DNA of 64,000 nt from an uncultured Aliarcobacter sp. (GTDB lineage Bacteria; Campylobacterota; Campylobacteria; Campylobacterales; Arcobacteraceae): assembly GCA_963664305.2 (NCBI GenBank), contig CAXXLV010000002.1, positions 1,056,001 to 1,120,000 of the forward strand, read 5' to 3'. The notes beneath the pieces were generated by a model. It searched no databases. It was not told the DNA's origin and worked only from the letters and a program-made list of their open reading frames with translations. The position numbers and the translations under genes were made by a program. How positions within the stretch are numbered: the first letter of the stretch is position 1; each line of letters opens with the position of its first letter. Shown piece after piece: positions 1 through 10,480 of this stretch.

Positions 1-10
1 TGGTCAAGAA

Positions 11-574
11 ATGGAAATGATTACGACAAATTTAACTGCAGTTAATTTGATGAAAGCATTTGCGGGTGAATCAATGGCAAGAAATAAATATGATTTATAT
101 GGTGATATTGCTTACGAACAAGGGTATCATAGAATTGCAAAGTTTTTCCATGAAGCTGCAGTTAATGAAAAATATCATGCACGTGCTGAATACAAAGCTT
201 ACAATAAATTAGTAAATGATTATGAACTTGATTCAACTGCTAAAAATATTATAGCTGCTGCAGATGGAGAACAATATGAGCATGAAGAAATGTATCCAAA
301 TTTTGAAGCAATTGCAAAAGAAGAAGGATTAAAAGAGATTGCAAGATTATTTAAAGCTATTGGAAAAGTTGAAGTTGAACATGAAAAAGAGTATAGAGAA
401 CTTTTACAAGCTTTAGAAGCTGAAGGTTTCTTTGAATCTGAAGAGGAAGAAGAATGGGTATGTGAAGTATGTGGACATGTTCATAGAGGTAAAAAACCAC
501 CAAAAGAGTGTCCTTTATGTAGGGTAGAAAAAGAGTACTTCAAGAAAAAATGTGATGATGTAACAAGAGGGTAA
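11..574 (+). CDS. rbr: Rubrerythrin
   Basis: N-terminal NLMKAFAGESMA, di-iron ExxH motifs (EKYH, EVEH), C-terminal rubredoxin CEVCG...CPLC. Confidence 0.93.
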   Translation: MEMITTNLTAVNLMKAFAGESMARNKYDLYGDIAYEQGYHRIAKFFHEAAVNEKYHARAEYKAYNKLVNDYELDSTAKNIIAAADGEQYEHEEMYPNFEAIAKEEGLKEIARLFKAIGKVEVEHEKEYRELLQALEAEGFFESEEEEEWVCEVCGHVHRGKKPPKECPLCRVEKEYFKKKCDDVTRG

Positions 575-584
575 ACTCCAAATT

Positions 585-609
585 AGGTAAAACTTTTAAA
601 GTTTTACCT
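585..609 (+). terminator. Hairpin downstream of rbr, probable intrinsic terminator
   Basis: AGGTAAAACTTT-T-AAAGTTTTACCT perfect inverted repeat just after the stop; U-tail weak. Confidence 0.55.
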
Positions 610-662
610 CTTAAAAATAATATCTTCGATAATATTACAAAAAAATTGTCGGAGATTCTTTT

Positions 663-2237
663 TTGCTTAAATTTTTAATCTTTTTTCTTTTATTTATATA
701 TTCAAATGCAAACAATTTAAAAATTGCAACTTACAATGTAGAAAATTTATTTGACTTAAAAACAGACAAAGATGAATATACTGAATTTATACCAAACAGT
801 AAATCTTTATGGAATGAAAAAAATTTTAATATAAAACTAAATCATGTAATTGAAGTTTTAGAAAATCTTGATGCAGATATTATTGCTTTACAAGAGATTG
901 AAAATAGAGATTTGATGCTTCTTTTACAGAAAAAACTTCCAAAATATAAATATTATTCATATGTTAAATATTCAGATTCTGCGATTGGTTTAGGATTTTT
1001 ATCAAAAGTAGAAATTAAAAGTACAAATCATATCGATGTAAAATTTAGAACAAGAGTTTTTAGACCTATTCTTGAAACTACTTTTGTATATGATGATGTA
1101 GAATTTAAAGTTTTTAATAACCATTGGCCTTCAAAAGCTGTAGGAGAAAGTTATAGAGTTAAATATGCAAAAATATTACAAGATAGAGTTAAAGATATAG
1201 CAAAAGATTATGACTACGTTTTAATTGGAGATTTTAACTCTGATTATGATGAATATGCAACTTTTAAAAATAGCCAAAAATTAAACAACACATCTGGAAT
1301 AACTGGTATTAATCAAATTTTAAATACTTCTATAGATGATAAATTGGTAACATACGAAGATGTTTTAAAAGAGGAAAAAAGAGTTCATTATAATTTATGG
1401 CTTGAAGTAAATTCTAATGAAAGATTTTCAACAAAATATAGGAATCAAAACAATACACCAGATAGTATTTTAGTTCCACCTGCTCTTTTTGATAATAAAA
1501 AACTTTCATATATTCCAAAATCGTTTAATGTATTCAAACCTAACTATTTATACAATAATGGAGAGATAAATAGATGGAAAATGGATGAGAATAATTTCTT
1601 TAAAACTCATAGAGGAGAAGGATACTCAGACCATCTTCCTATTTTTGCAGAATTTTCAATAAAAGAAAAAGATAGAAATCCTATAAAACAAATAGAACAA
1701 AATAAAGAAAATATAAATACTATTGAAAATTTATACAAAGAAGAAAAATTATCAAAACCTGTTTTTATAAATGATGTAATTGTTATTTACAAAGATGATG
1801 ATAAAGCAATTATAAAAAGGGAAAATGATAGAGCAATTTTCATTTATAAAAATGCTCAACACTTGAAGCTTGGTTATTCATATAATATTCAAGTTAATCA
1901 AATCAATACTCATTATGGTTTAAAAGAGATTAGAGATTTTGTAATTGAAGAAGAAAAAGATTTAACAAACTATAAAAATTTATTTTTAGATGCATCAAAT
2001 ATTAATATTTTTGATTTTAAATATGAAAATGAAATAATCACAAATTTAAAAGGAAAAGTAAAAAATTCAAAACTATATATCAATGAAAATCAATATATAA
2101 AACTTTATGCAAAAGATAGAAATTTACTTCCCAAAAATGGAGAAGATATTACTATTTTAAATGCTCATTTATCTTCATATAGAGGAAATATGCAAATTCA
2201 TATTCATAATACAACAGATTACAAAGTAGGAAATTAA
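663..2237 (+). CDS. Secreted endonuclease/exonuclease/phosphatase (EEP) family nuclease with C-terminal extension
   Basis: Signal peptide; ATYNVENLFD, LQEIE, NHWPSK, GDFN and SDHLP EEP motifs; TTG start after GGAG. Confidence 0.85.
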   Translation: MLKFLIFFLLFIYSNANNLKIATYNVENLFDLKTDKDEYTEFIPNSKSLWNEKNFNIKLNHVIEVLENLDADIIALQEIENRDLMLLLQKKLPKYKYYSYVKYSDSAIGLGFLSKVEIKSTNHIDVKFRTRVFRPILETTFVYDDVEFKVFNNHWPSKAVGESYRVKYAKILQDRVKDIAKDYDYVLIGDFNSDYDEYATFKNSQKLNNTSGITGINQILNTSIDDKLVTYEDVLKEEKRVHYNLWLEVNSNERFSTKYRNQNNTPDSILVPPALFDNKKLSYIPKSFNVFKPNYLYNNGEINRWKMDENNFFKTHRGEGYSDHLPIFAEFSIKEKDRNPIKQIEQNKENINTIENLYKEEKLSKPVFINDVIVIYKDDDKAIIKRENDRAIFIYKNAQHLKLGYSYNIQVNQINTHYGLKEIRDFVIEEEKDLTNYKNLFLDASNINIFDFKYENEIITNLKGKVKNSKLYINENQYIKLYAKDRNLLPKNGEDITILNAHLSSYRGNMQIHIHNTTDYKVGN

Positions 2238-3538
2238 TGTTAATTAAATCAATTTTTACAAACAGTTCAGGTATTTTAGTTTCAAGGATTTTAGGTTTTG
2301 TAAGGGATTTACTAACTGCTTCCATTTTAGGTGCAAATATTTATTCAGATATCTTTTTTATAGCTTTTAAATTACCAAATTTATTTAGAAGTATTTTTGC
2401 TGATGGAGCTTTTACTCAAGCTTTTATTCCTTCTTATGCAAAATCAAAACATAAAATCAGATTTTCATCAGTTGTTTTTTTACAATTATTTGGATTCTTA
2501 ATCATATTATCTTTGATTGTAACTATGTTTTCTCATATTGTGGCAAAAGCCTTTGCAATTGGTTTTTCAAAAGAAACTGTTGATTTAGCTGCTCCACTAT
2601 TTGCAATAAATTTTTATTATTTGCCAATTATTTTCACTGTTACATTTATGGCTGCACTTTTACAATATAAACATCATTTTGCAACAAGTGCTTATTCAAC
2701 TGCTCTTTTAAATCTTGGAATGATTGCTGCACTTTTAATCTCTAAAAATATGGATAAATATGAAATTACATTTTATCTATCTTATGGGGTTATTTTTGGA
2801 GGGATTTTACAAATTATTGTTCATTTGATTGCAGTTAAAAGAGCAAATTTATGTAAAATTTTCCATTTTAAAAAACATAAGAAAAAAGAAGAAACAAAAT
2901 TTTATAAAAACTTTTTTTCTGCAACATTAGGTTCATCAACAATGCATCTTTCAGCTTTTATTGATACTTGGTTAGCCTCTTTTTTAATAAGTGGTTCTAT
3001 TTCGTACCTTTATTATGCAAATAGAGTTTTTCAACTACCTCTTGCTATTTTTGCTATTGCAACTTCAATTGCCCTATTTCCAATGGTAGCAAAGGCAATA
3101 AAAAATAAAGATGAAAATAGAGCTTTACATCTAATGAAAAAATCATCTATTATTTTATTTGCTGTTTTATCTGTTTCTATGTTAATTGGAATTGTATTTA
3201 ATGAATTTATTATTAAACTTCTTTTTGAAAGAGGTGCATTTACAGCAAATGACACGCAAAATACAGCGTTAATATTAACTATGTATCTAATTGGTCTTTT
3301 ACCTTTTGGTTTAGCAAAAATTTTCTCACTTTGGTTATATTCAAATGAACAACAATTTTTAAGTGCAAAAATATCAATGAAAAGTTTAGCTTGGAATATT
3401 ATTTTTTCTTTAATATTAATTAAACCATTTGGAGCAGCTGGTCTTGCCTTTGCAAGTACATTAAGTGGATTCATTTTATTTTTCTTAACCATTAAAGCTT
3501 TTGGTTTTGATAAATTTATAAAAATGTTCAAAAACTAA
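2237..3538 (+). CDS. murJ: Lipid II flippase MurJ (MviN), short form
   Basis: SRILGFVRD, FKLPNLFR, GAF..AFIP, LYYANRVFQLP, LFERGAF motifs. Confidence 0.92.
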   Translation: MLIKSIFTNSSGILVSRILGFVRDLLTASILGANIYSDIFFIAFKLPNLFRSIFADGAFTQAFIPSYAKSKHKIRFSSVVFLQLFGFLIILSLIVTMFSHIVAKAFAIGFSKETVDLAAPLFAINFYYLPIIFTVTFMAALLQYKHHFATSAYSTALLNLGMIAALLISKNMDKYEITFYLSYGVIFGGILQIIVHLIAVKRANLCKIFHFKKHKKKEETKFYKNFFSATLGSSTMHLSAFIDTWLASFLISGSISYLYYANRVFQLPLAIFAIATSIALFPMVAKAIKNKDENRALHLMKKSSIILFAVLSVSMLIGIVFNEFIIKLLFERGAFTANDTQNTALILTMYLIGLLPFGLAKIFSLWLYSNEQQFLSAKISMKSLAWNIIFSLILIKPFGAAGLAFASTLSGFILFFLTIKAFGFDKFIKMFKN

Positions 3539-3593
3539 ATTTAAAAAGATTAAGCTATAATACACGCTTTATATATAATTTATTAGGATATTT

Positions 3594-5303
3594 ATGAAAG
3601 ATTTTTTTAAACAGTATATTCCATATTACAAAGATTATAAATTACAATTTTTTTACTCATTAATTGGAATTATTCTAGTTGCAAGTTCAACAGCTGGAAC
3701 TGCATATGCAATTCAACCGCTTTTAGATGAAATATTTATTAATAAAGATGAAAAAATGCTTTATATGATGCCAATATTTGTTGTAATTTTATATACAGCA
3801 AAAGGCTTTGGAAGATATATTCAAGCATACTATATCTCTTTTATTGGACAAGATATAACAAGAATTGTAAGAGATAAACTTTTTTCACATGTTTTAACTT
3901 TAGATATGGATTTTTTCCAAAAAATTCATGGTGGAGAACTTGTAAGTAGAATTACAAATGATATAAATAGAATTCAAAGAGCTGTATCAAATAGTATTGC
4001 TGAATTTTTAAGAGAAGTACTAACTGTAATTGGTTTAATAGGTCTTGTAATTTATCACTCTCCTGAATTGGCATTTTATGGTTTAGTTGTTTTACCACTT
4101 GCAATTTATCCATTATCTGTTCTTGCTAAAAAAATGAAAAAACTATCTTTTAAATCTCAAGAGAGTAACTCAGATATTACAACAAGTTTAAATGAATCAT
4201 TTAACAATATAGAAATAATAAAAGCAAATTCAACTGAAAAAATTGAGATGACTAAGTTTTCAGTTCACAATATGATATTTTTCAAATACAATATGAAATC
4301 AGTTAAAACAAATGAATTAACTTCACCTGTAATGGAAATTATTGGAGCATTTGCATTTGCAGCAGTAATTTTAGTTGGTGGTTCAAAAGTAATTTCAGGA
4401 GAAATTACAACTGGTACATTTAGTTCATTTGTTGCAGCACTTTTTATGCTTTACACTCCAATTAAAAAAATATCAAGTCTTTATAATAGCATGCAAGATG
4501 CAATTGCTGCAAATGAAAGAATCAACGATATGTTCTCAAAAAAACCAACTATTATTTCTGGAACAATTGAAGCACCAAAAGATATCAATGAGATTAAATT
4601 TGAAAATGTAGAATTAAAATATGAAGATTTTACAGCTTTAAAAAATATAAATCTTAATGCCAAAAAAGGTGAAATAGTTGCACTTGTTGGAGATAGTGGT
4701 GGAGGAAAATCATCGCTTATAAATCTAATAATTAGATTTTATGATGTAACCAAAGGAAATTTATTTATAAATAATAACTCAATAAAAGATTTTGAAATAA
4801 AATCGTTAAGAGAAAATATTTCAATAGTAACACAAAGAGTTTATATATTTAATGACACAATAGCAGCTAATATTGCTTATGGTCATGAAATTGATGAAGT
4901 TAGAGTTATTGAAGTTTTAAAACAAGCTCATGCTTACGATTTTGTTATGGCAATGAAAAAAGGTATTCACACAATTTTGGATGAATTTGGAACAAATTTA
5001 AGTGGTGGACAGCGACAAAGAATTGCCATTGCAAGGGCTTTATATAAAAATCCAAAAATTTTAATTCTTGATGAAGCAACATCTGCTCTTGATAATAAAA
5101 GTGAATCAATTATTAGTGAAGTAATTCAAGAAGTAAGTCAGAATAAAATAACATTTATAATAGCTCATAGATTAAGCACAATTAAAAATGCAAATAAAAT
5201 TGCTGTATTCAAAAATGGAGAAATTGTTTCTATTGGTACAGAAAATGAACTACTAAAATCTTGTAGTGAATATCAAAGGTTGTATAATTCAGCAAATATT
5301 TGA
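3594..5303 (+). CDS. msbA: ABC exporter (permease/ATPase fusion), MsbA-like lipid A flippase
   Basis: N-terminal TM domain, Walker A GDSGGGKS, LSGGQRQR, ILDEATSALD, AHRLST. Confidence 0.75.
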   Translation: MKDFFKQYIPYYKDYKLQFFYSLIGIILVASSTAGTAYAIQPLLDEIFINKDEKMLYMMPIFVVILYTAKGFGRYIQAYYISFIGQDITRIVRDKLFSHVLTLDMDFFQKIHGGELVSRITNDINRIQRAVSNSIAEFLREVLTVIGLIGLVIYHSPELAFYGLVVLPLAIYPLSVLAKKMKKLSFKSQESNSDITTSLNESFNNIEIIKANSTEKIEMTKFSVHNMIFFKYNMKSVKTNELTSPVMEIIGAFAFAAVILVGGSKVISGEITTGTFSSFVAALFMLYTPIKKISSLYNSMQDAIAANERINDMFSKKPTIISGTIEAPKDINEIKFENVELKYEDFTALKNINLNAKKGEIVALVGDSGGGKSSLINLIIRFYDVTKGNLFINNNSIKDFEIKSLRENISIVTQRVYIFNDTIAANIAYGHEIDEVRVIEVLKQAHAYDFVMAMKKGIHTILDEFGTNLSGGQRQRIAIARALYKNPKILILDEATSALDNKSESIISEVIQEVSQNKITFIIAHRLSTIKNANKIAVFKNGEIVSIGTENELLKSCSEYQRLYNSANI

Positions 5304-5383
5304 TTATTTTTCAAAAAATCGTTAAAACCAATATTTAATGATTTTTGGATAAAATATCTAAATTAAAAATAAAGGGATTAAAT

Positions 5384-6442
5384 TTGTTTAGCTATGAAAC
5401 ACTAAAAAAAATCTTGTTCAAATTTGAACCAGAAACTGCACATCATATAGCAGAATTTGGACTTAAAGCTTTAGGTAATTGTAGAATTGCAAAAGCTTAT
5501 ATGGAAAAGAAAAACTATATATCTAATAATAAATTAACGCAAGAAATTTTTGGTGTAAAATTTGAAAATCCTGTTGGACTTGCTGCTGGTTTTGACAAAA
5601 ATGCAACCATGGTAAAAGCTATGAAATCGTTAGGATTTGGTTTTACAGAAATCGGGACAATGACTCCACGTCCACAAGATGGTAATCCAAAACCTAGAAT
5701 GTTTAGATATCCTGAACAAAAATCAGTTCAAAATGCAATGGGTTTTAATAATTTAGGTGCTCATGCTGTTTTAAAAAACTTAAAAAAAGTTTATCCTTTT
5801 TCTATACCAATTGGTGCAAATATAGGGAAAAACAAAACAACTCCAGAAGAGTTTGCATTAAGTGATTATAAAACTTTAATTAACAAATTTAAAGATACTT
5901 GTGATTATTTAGTTATAAATATTTCAAGTCCAAATACTCCAAATTTAAGAGATTTACAAAATGAAAAGTTTATTACAGAGCTTTTTGTTATGGCAAAAGA
6001 GTTAACAACAAAACCTATATTATTAAAAATTGCTCCTGATATGGAAGCTCAAGTTGCGATTGATTTATGTAAATGTGCAGTAAATGCAGGTGCAGATGGA
6101 ATTATTGCTACAAATACAACTATTGATTATAGTTTAGTACCAAATTGTCAAAATTTTGGTGGTTTAAGTGGTGCTTGTTTAACTGAAAAATCTGCTAATT
6201 TATTTAAAGAATTAGCACGTGAATTATTTGGAAAAACTATTCTAATTTCTGTTGGTGGAATTTCAAATGGTGCTCAAGCTTATGAAAGAATAAAAAATGG
6301 AGCGACTTTAGTACAAGCTTATTCTGGATTAATTTTTGAAGGTCCTTCTATGGTTAGAAAAATCAATGAAGAAATATTAGAATTAATGGCTAAAGATGGC
6401 TTTGAAAATATAAAAGATGCTATTGGGGCTAATTTAAAATAA
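5384..6442 (+). CDS. pyrD: Quinone-dependent dihydroorotate dehydrogenase (class 2)
   Basis: NPVGLAAGFDKN, QxGNPKPR, NISSPNTPNLR, KIAPD; start moved to TTG 5384 behind AAGGGA RBS. Confidence 0.95.
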   Translation: MFSYETLKKILFKFEPETAHHIAEFGLKALGNCRIAKAYMEKKNYISNNKLTQEIFGVKFENPVGLAAGFDKNATMVKAMKSLGFGFTEIGTMTPRPQDGNPKPRMFRYPEQKSVQNAMGFNNLGAHAVLKNLKKVYPFSIPIGANIGKNKTTPEEFALSDYKTLINKFKDTCDYLVINISSPNTPNLRDLQNEKFITELFVMAKELTTKPILLKIAPDMEAQVAIDLCKCAVNAGADGIIATNTTIDYSLVPNCQNFGGLSGACLTEKSANLFKELARELFGKTILISVGGISNGAQAYERIKNGATLVQAYSGLIFEGPSMVRKINEEILELMAKDGFENIKDAIGANLK

Positions 6443-6452
6443 AAGGAAAAAT

Positions 6453-7796
6453 ATGAATAGTACAAAAATTGAAAAACTATTTAAAATATTTGCTATTCAA
6501 TTTTTTTTATTAATAATGATTTGGGGAGAATCAATGGGAAGTAATTTACCAAAATACTATACAAAAACTTTAGAAAATGGTCTACAAATTGTAGCAATTC
6601 CTATGCAAAATGGTTCAAATGTTATTTCAACTGATGTATTTTACAAAGTTGGTAGCCGAGATGAAAAAATGGGTAAAAGTGGAATTGCTCACATGCTTGA
6701 ACATTTAAATTTCAAATCAACAAAAAATTTAGAAGCTGGGGAGTTTGATGAGATTGTTAAAGGTTTTGGAGGAGTAAATAATGCTTCTACATCTTTTGAC
6801 TATACACATTATTTTATAAAATCTAGTTCTAAAAATATGGATAAATCTTTAGAATTATTTGCCGATTTAATGGAAAATCTTACTCTAAAAGATGAAGAAT
6901 TCCAACCAGAACGTGATGTAGTAGCTGAAGAAAGAAGATGGAGAACAGATAATAATCCTATGGGATATTTACAATTTAGATTGTTTAATAATGCTTATAT
7001 CTATCATCCATATCATTGGACACCAATTGGATTTATGAATGATATTAAAAATTGGACAATTGAAGATATTAGAGATTTTCATAGTACTTATTATCAACCA
7101 AAAAATGCAATTGTTGTAGTTGCTGGTGATATAGATAAAGATGAAATTTTCAAATCAGTTGAAAAACATTTTAAAAATATCAAAAATACCAAAGAAATTC
7201 CTTCAAAACTTCATACAGTTGAGCCAAAACAAGATGGAGAAAAAAGAGTTACAATTAATAAAGAATCTGCTGTTCAAATGATTGCAATTACTTATCATAT
7301 TCCAAATTTTGAGCACGAAGACCAAGTGGCACTTAGTGCATTAAGTGAATTTTTAAGTTCTGGGAAAAGTTCTGTTTTACAAAAAAGATTAATTGATGAG
7401 AAAAGATTAGTAAACACAATTTATGCTTATAATATGGAGTTAAAAGACCCAGGATTATTTATGTTTATAGCAGTTGCAAACGAAGGAATTTCTGCTTTAG
7501 AAATTGAAAAAGAAATTTTAGATACAATTGCGCAAATCAAAAAAGGTGAAATCTCACAAAAAGACATTGATAAAATAAAAATCAATACAAAAGCTGATTT
7601 TATTTTCTCTTTAGAAAGTTCTAGCGAAGTTGCTTCTTTATATGGTTCTTATTTTGTTAGAGATAATATTCAACCTCTTTTAGATTATGAAAAAAATGTA
7701 GAAAAATTAACTAAAGAAGATTTAATTAATGTTGCAAATAAATATTTAAATCAAAACAATTCTACAACTGTTATTTTGAAACAAGAGGAAAAATAA
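6453..7796 (+). CDS. M16 family zinc peptidase, probably exported
   Basis: Inverted zinc motif HMLEH, GG..NAST.FD.T, ERDVVAEERR; hydrophobic N-terminus. Confidence 0.9.
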   Translation: MNSTKIEKLFKIFAIQFFLLIMIWGESMGSNLPKYYTKTLENGLQIVAIPMQNGSNVISTDVFYKVGSRDEKMGKSGIAHMLEHLNFKSTKNLEAGEFDEIVKGFGGVNNASTSFDYTHYFIKSSSKNMDKSLELFADLMENLTLKDEEFQPERDVVAEERRWRTDNNPMGYLQFRLFNNAYIYHPYHWTPIGFMNDIKNWTIEDIRDFHSTYYQPKNAIVVVAGDIDKDEIFKSVEKHFKNIKNTKEIPSKLHTVEPKQDGEKRVTINKESAVQMIAITYHIPNFEHEDQVALSALSEFLSSGKSSVLQKRLIDEKRLVNTIYAYNMELKDPGLFMFIAVANEGISALEIEKEILDTIAQIKKGEISQKDIDKIKINTKADFIFSLESSSEVASLYGSYFVRDNIQPLLDYEKNVEKLTKEDLINVANKYLNQNNSTTVILKQEEK

Positions 7797-8263
7797 TGGA
7801 TTTTAAAGTAACTAAAACAAATTTTGGTGAAAAACCAGAATTTGAATATCCAAAACCACTTTTTTTAGAAGAGATGGGTGAAGAAGGATTAAAAAAACTT
7901 TTTAGTGATTTTTATGACCTAGTTGTTGATAGTGATATTGGAAACTTTTTCCCTCAAAATGAAGAAGAGTTAGAAAAAGTAAAAGCGCATAATGTTAAAT
8001 TTTTTATTGAAGCTTGTGGTGGAGAAAAACATTATTCAAATGCTGTTGGGCATTTTGATATGATGAAAACTCATAAACAATTTTCAATAACAGAAAAAGC
8101 AAGACGTGAATGGCTTGGTTGTATGGAAGAAGTTTTAAAAAAAGTTAACATTTCAGACGAAGCAAAAAAAAGTTTTTGGGAATTTTTAGAAACATTCTCA
8201 AAACATACTGTAAATGTTGATGAAAGACAAGAATTAGAAGATTTAGTAGTAAAAAAAGGATAA
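7796..8263 (+). CDS. Truncated (2/2) hemoglobin, group II-like
   Basis: DFY (B9-B10), FFP (CD1), GG..Y, proximal His in MMKTH, conserved Trp in ARREWLGCM. Confidence 0.78.
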   Translation: MDFKVTKTNFGEKPEFEYPKPLFLEEMGEEGLKKLFSDFYDLVVDSDIGNFFPQNEEELEKVKAHNVKFFIEACGGEKHYSNAVGHFDMMKTHKQFSITEKARREWLGCMEEVLKKVNISDEAKKSFWEFLETFSKHTVNVDERQELEDLVVKKG

Positions 8264-8265
8264 AT

Positions 8266-9153
8266 ATGGATATTATTACCGGTGCTATGACCGCACTAAT
8301 TACGCCATTTAAAAATGGTAAAGTTGATTTACAAAAATATGAGTCTTTAATAAAAAGACAAATAGCGCAAGGAATTGATGCAATTGTTCCAGTTGGAACA
8401 ACTGGAGAAAGTGCAACACTATCACATAGTGAACATAAAGAGTGTATTGAAGTTGCTGTTGCGGTTTGTAAGGGAAGCGGTGTAAAGGTTATAGCAGGTG
8501 CAGGTTCAAATGCAACACATGAAGCATGTGATATTGCAAAACATGCACAAGAAGTTGGAGCAGATGGACTTTTATCAGTAACTCCATATTATAACAAACC
8601 AACTCAAGAGGGATTATATCAACACTATAAAGCTATTGCTAATTCTGTTGAAATTCCATTTATGCTTTATAATGTACCAGGAAGAACTGGGGTTGATTTA
8701 GAAGCAAATACAGCAATTAGATTATTTGATGATGTAAAAAATATCTATGCAGTAAAAGAAGCAACAGGTTCACTAGAACGTGCTATTTCACTAATTTCTC
8801 AAAGAAAAGATTTTTTAGTTATATCGGGAGATGATTCAATTGATTTTCCAATGTTAGTAAGTGGAGCAAAAGGAATAATTTCTGTTACTGCAAACATTTT
8901 ACCTAATTTAAAATCACAATTAGTAAAAAATGTATTCAATGGAAATTTAGAAGAAGCTAGAAAAATAAGTGAAGATTTATATGAAATAAACAATGTATTA
9001 TTCTGTGAAAGTAATCCTATTCCAATTAAAGCTGCAATGTATATTGCTGGATTATTAGATACATTAGAATATAGACTTCCATTAACAAGTCCAAGTAATG
9101 AAACAATGAAAAAATTAGAGAAAACTTTAGAAAAATATGAGGTAATTAAATAA
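8266..9153 (+). CDS. dapA: 4-hydroxy-tetrahydrodipicolinate synthase
   Basis: TALITPF, GTTGES, PYYNKP, YNVPGRT, Schiff-base Lys in VKEATG, SNPIPIK. Confidence 0.97.
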   Translation: MDIITGAMTALITPFKNGKVDLQKYESLIKRQIAQGIDAIVPVGTTGESATLSHSEHKECIEVAVAVCKGSGVKVIAGAGSNATHEACDIAKHAQEVGADGLLSVTPYYNKPTQEGLYQHYKAIANSVEIPFMLYNVPGRTGVDLEANTAIRLFDDVKNIYAVKEATGSLERAISLISQRKDFLVISGDDSIDFPMLVSGAKGIISVTANILPNLKSQLVKNVFNGNLEEARKISEDLYEINNVLFCESNPIPIKAAMYIAGLLDTLEYRLPLTSPSNETMKKLEKTLEKYEVIK

Positions 9154-9929
9154 TGAATAATATGCAAGGAAAAACTTTAGTAATTTCTGGGGGAACTAAA
9201 GGTATTGGTAAAGAGTGTGTATATAAATTTGCTAGTAATGGTGTAAATGTTGCATTTACATATAATTCAAATGGTGAAATTGCACAAGAAATTTGTAGAG
9301 ATGTTGAAACTAAATTTGGTGTTAAATGTAGAGCGTATCCTTTTAATATCTTAGAACCAGAAAAATATAGTGAATTATTTGAAGAGATTGATAAAGATTT
9401 TGATAGAGTTGATTTCTTTATCTCAAATGCAATGATTTATGGAAGAGCTGTAGTTGGTGGTTATGGTAAATTTATGAAATTAAAACCAAGAGGTTTAAAT
9501 AATATTTATACAGCAACTGTAAATGCTTTCGTTTGTGGTGCTCAACAAGCTGCAAAAAGAATGCAAAAAATTGGTGGTGGAGCTATTGTTTCATTATCAT
9601 CAACTGGAAACTTAGTTTATATTGAAAACTATGCAGGGCATGGTACAAATAAAGCTGCTGTTGAAGCAATGGTTAGATATGCAGCAACTGAACTTGGTGA
9701 GTTTAATATTAGAGTAAATGCAGTTTCAGGTGGTCCTATTGATACAGATGCATTAAAAGCATTTACAAATTATGAAGAAGTAAAAGCAAAAACTGCTGAA
9801 TACTCTCCATTAAATAGAATTGGTCAACCAGAAGATTTAGCACAATCTTGTTATTTCTTATGTACAAGTGATGCTTCATGGATTACAGGTCATACTTTAA
9901 TCGTTGATGGTGGGACAACATTTAAATAA
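9153..9929 (+). CDS. SDR oxidoreductase, FabL-like enoyl-ACP reductase
   Basis: SGGTKGIG nucleotide-binding motif; Y-x6-K catalytic spacing (YAGHGTNK); NAVSGGPIDTDALKAF. Confidence 0.75.
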   Translation: MNNMQGKTLVISGGTKGIGKECVYKFASNGVNVAFTYNSNGEIAQEICRDVETKFGVKCRAYPFNILEPEKYSELFEEIDKDFDRVDFFISNAMIYGRAVVGGYGKFMKLKPRGLNNIYTATVNAFVCGAQQAAKRMQKIGGGAIVSLSSTGNLVYIENYAGHGTNKAAVEAMVRYAATELGEFNIRVNAVSGGPIDTDALKAFTNYEEVKAKTAEYSPLNRIGQPEDLAQSCYFLCTSDASWITGHTLIVDGGTTFK

Positions 9930-10471
9930 TGTCAAAAGCACTAAATTTACCAAATATTCTGGCACTTTTTAGAATAGCATTAGCTCCGCTAATGCTATGG
10001 TTTTTTATAGATAGAAACAACCCTATTTTCTCTTCATGGCATCCTTCTTGGTTTGATTATTTCGCAGGTTTGATTTTTGTAATTGCTTCTGTAACAGATT
10101 TTTTTGATGGATTTATAGCAAGAAGTTGGAATCAAATGACAAAATTAGGTGGAATACTTGATCCACTTGCAGATAAGATGTTGGTACTTGCAGGTTTTCT
10201 AGGACTAATGGTTATTGATAGAGCAAGTGCATGGGCTGTATTTTTAATCTTATCAAGAGAATTTTTTATAACAGGTCTTAGAGTTGTTGCAGTTAGTGAA
10301 GGTAAAGATGTAGCTTCAACAATGGCAGGAAAAGTTAAAACTGTTGTTCAAATGATTGCAATAGGATTTTTAACTATGAATTGGCCATTTGCAACTGAAA
10401 TTTTATGGTTAGCTGTTATTCTTACTATTTATTCAGGGTATGAATATACAAGAGATTATTTTAAATATTAA
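9929..10471 (+). CDS. pgsA: CDP-diacylglycerol--glycerol-3-phosphate 3-phosphatidyltransferase
   Basis: NLPNIL, TDFFDGFIAR...G.ILDPLADK CDP-alcohol signature, GKVKT. Confidence 0.95.
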   Translation: MSKALNLPNILALFRIALAPLMLWFFIDRNNPIFSSWHPSWFDYFAGLIFVIASVTDFFDGFIARSWNQMTKLGGILDPLADKMLVLAGFLGLMVIDRASAWAVFLILSREFFITGLRVVAVSEGKDVASTMAGKVKTVVQMIAIGFLTMNWPFATEILWLAVILTIYSGYEYTRDYFKY

Positions 10472-10480
10472 AGGTTTTTT

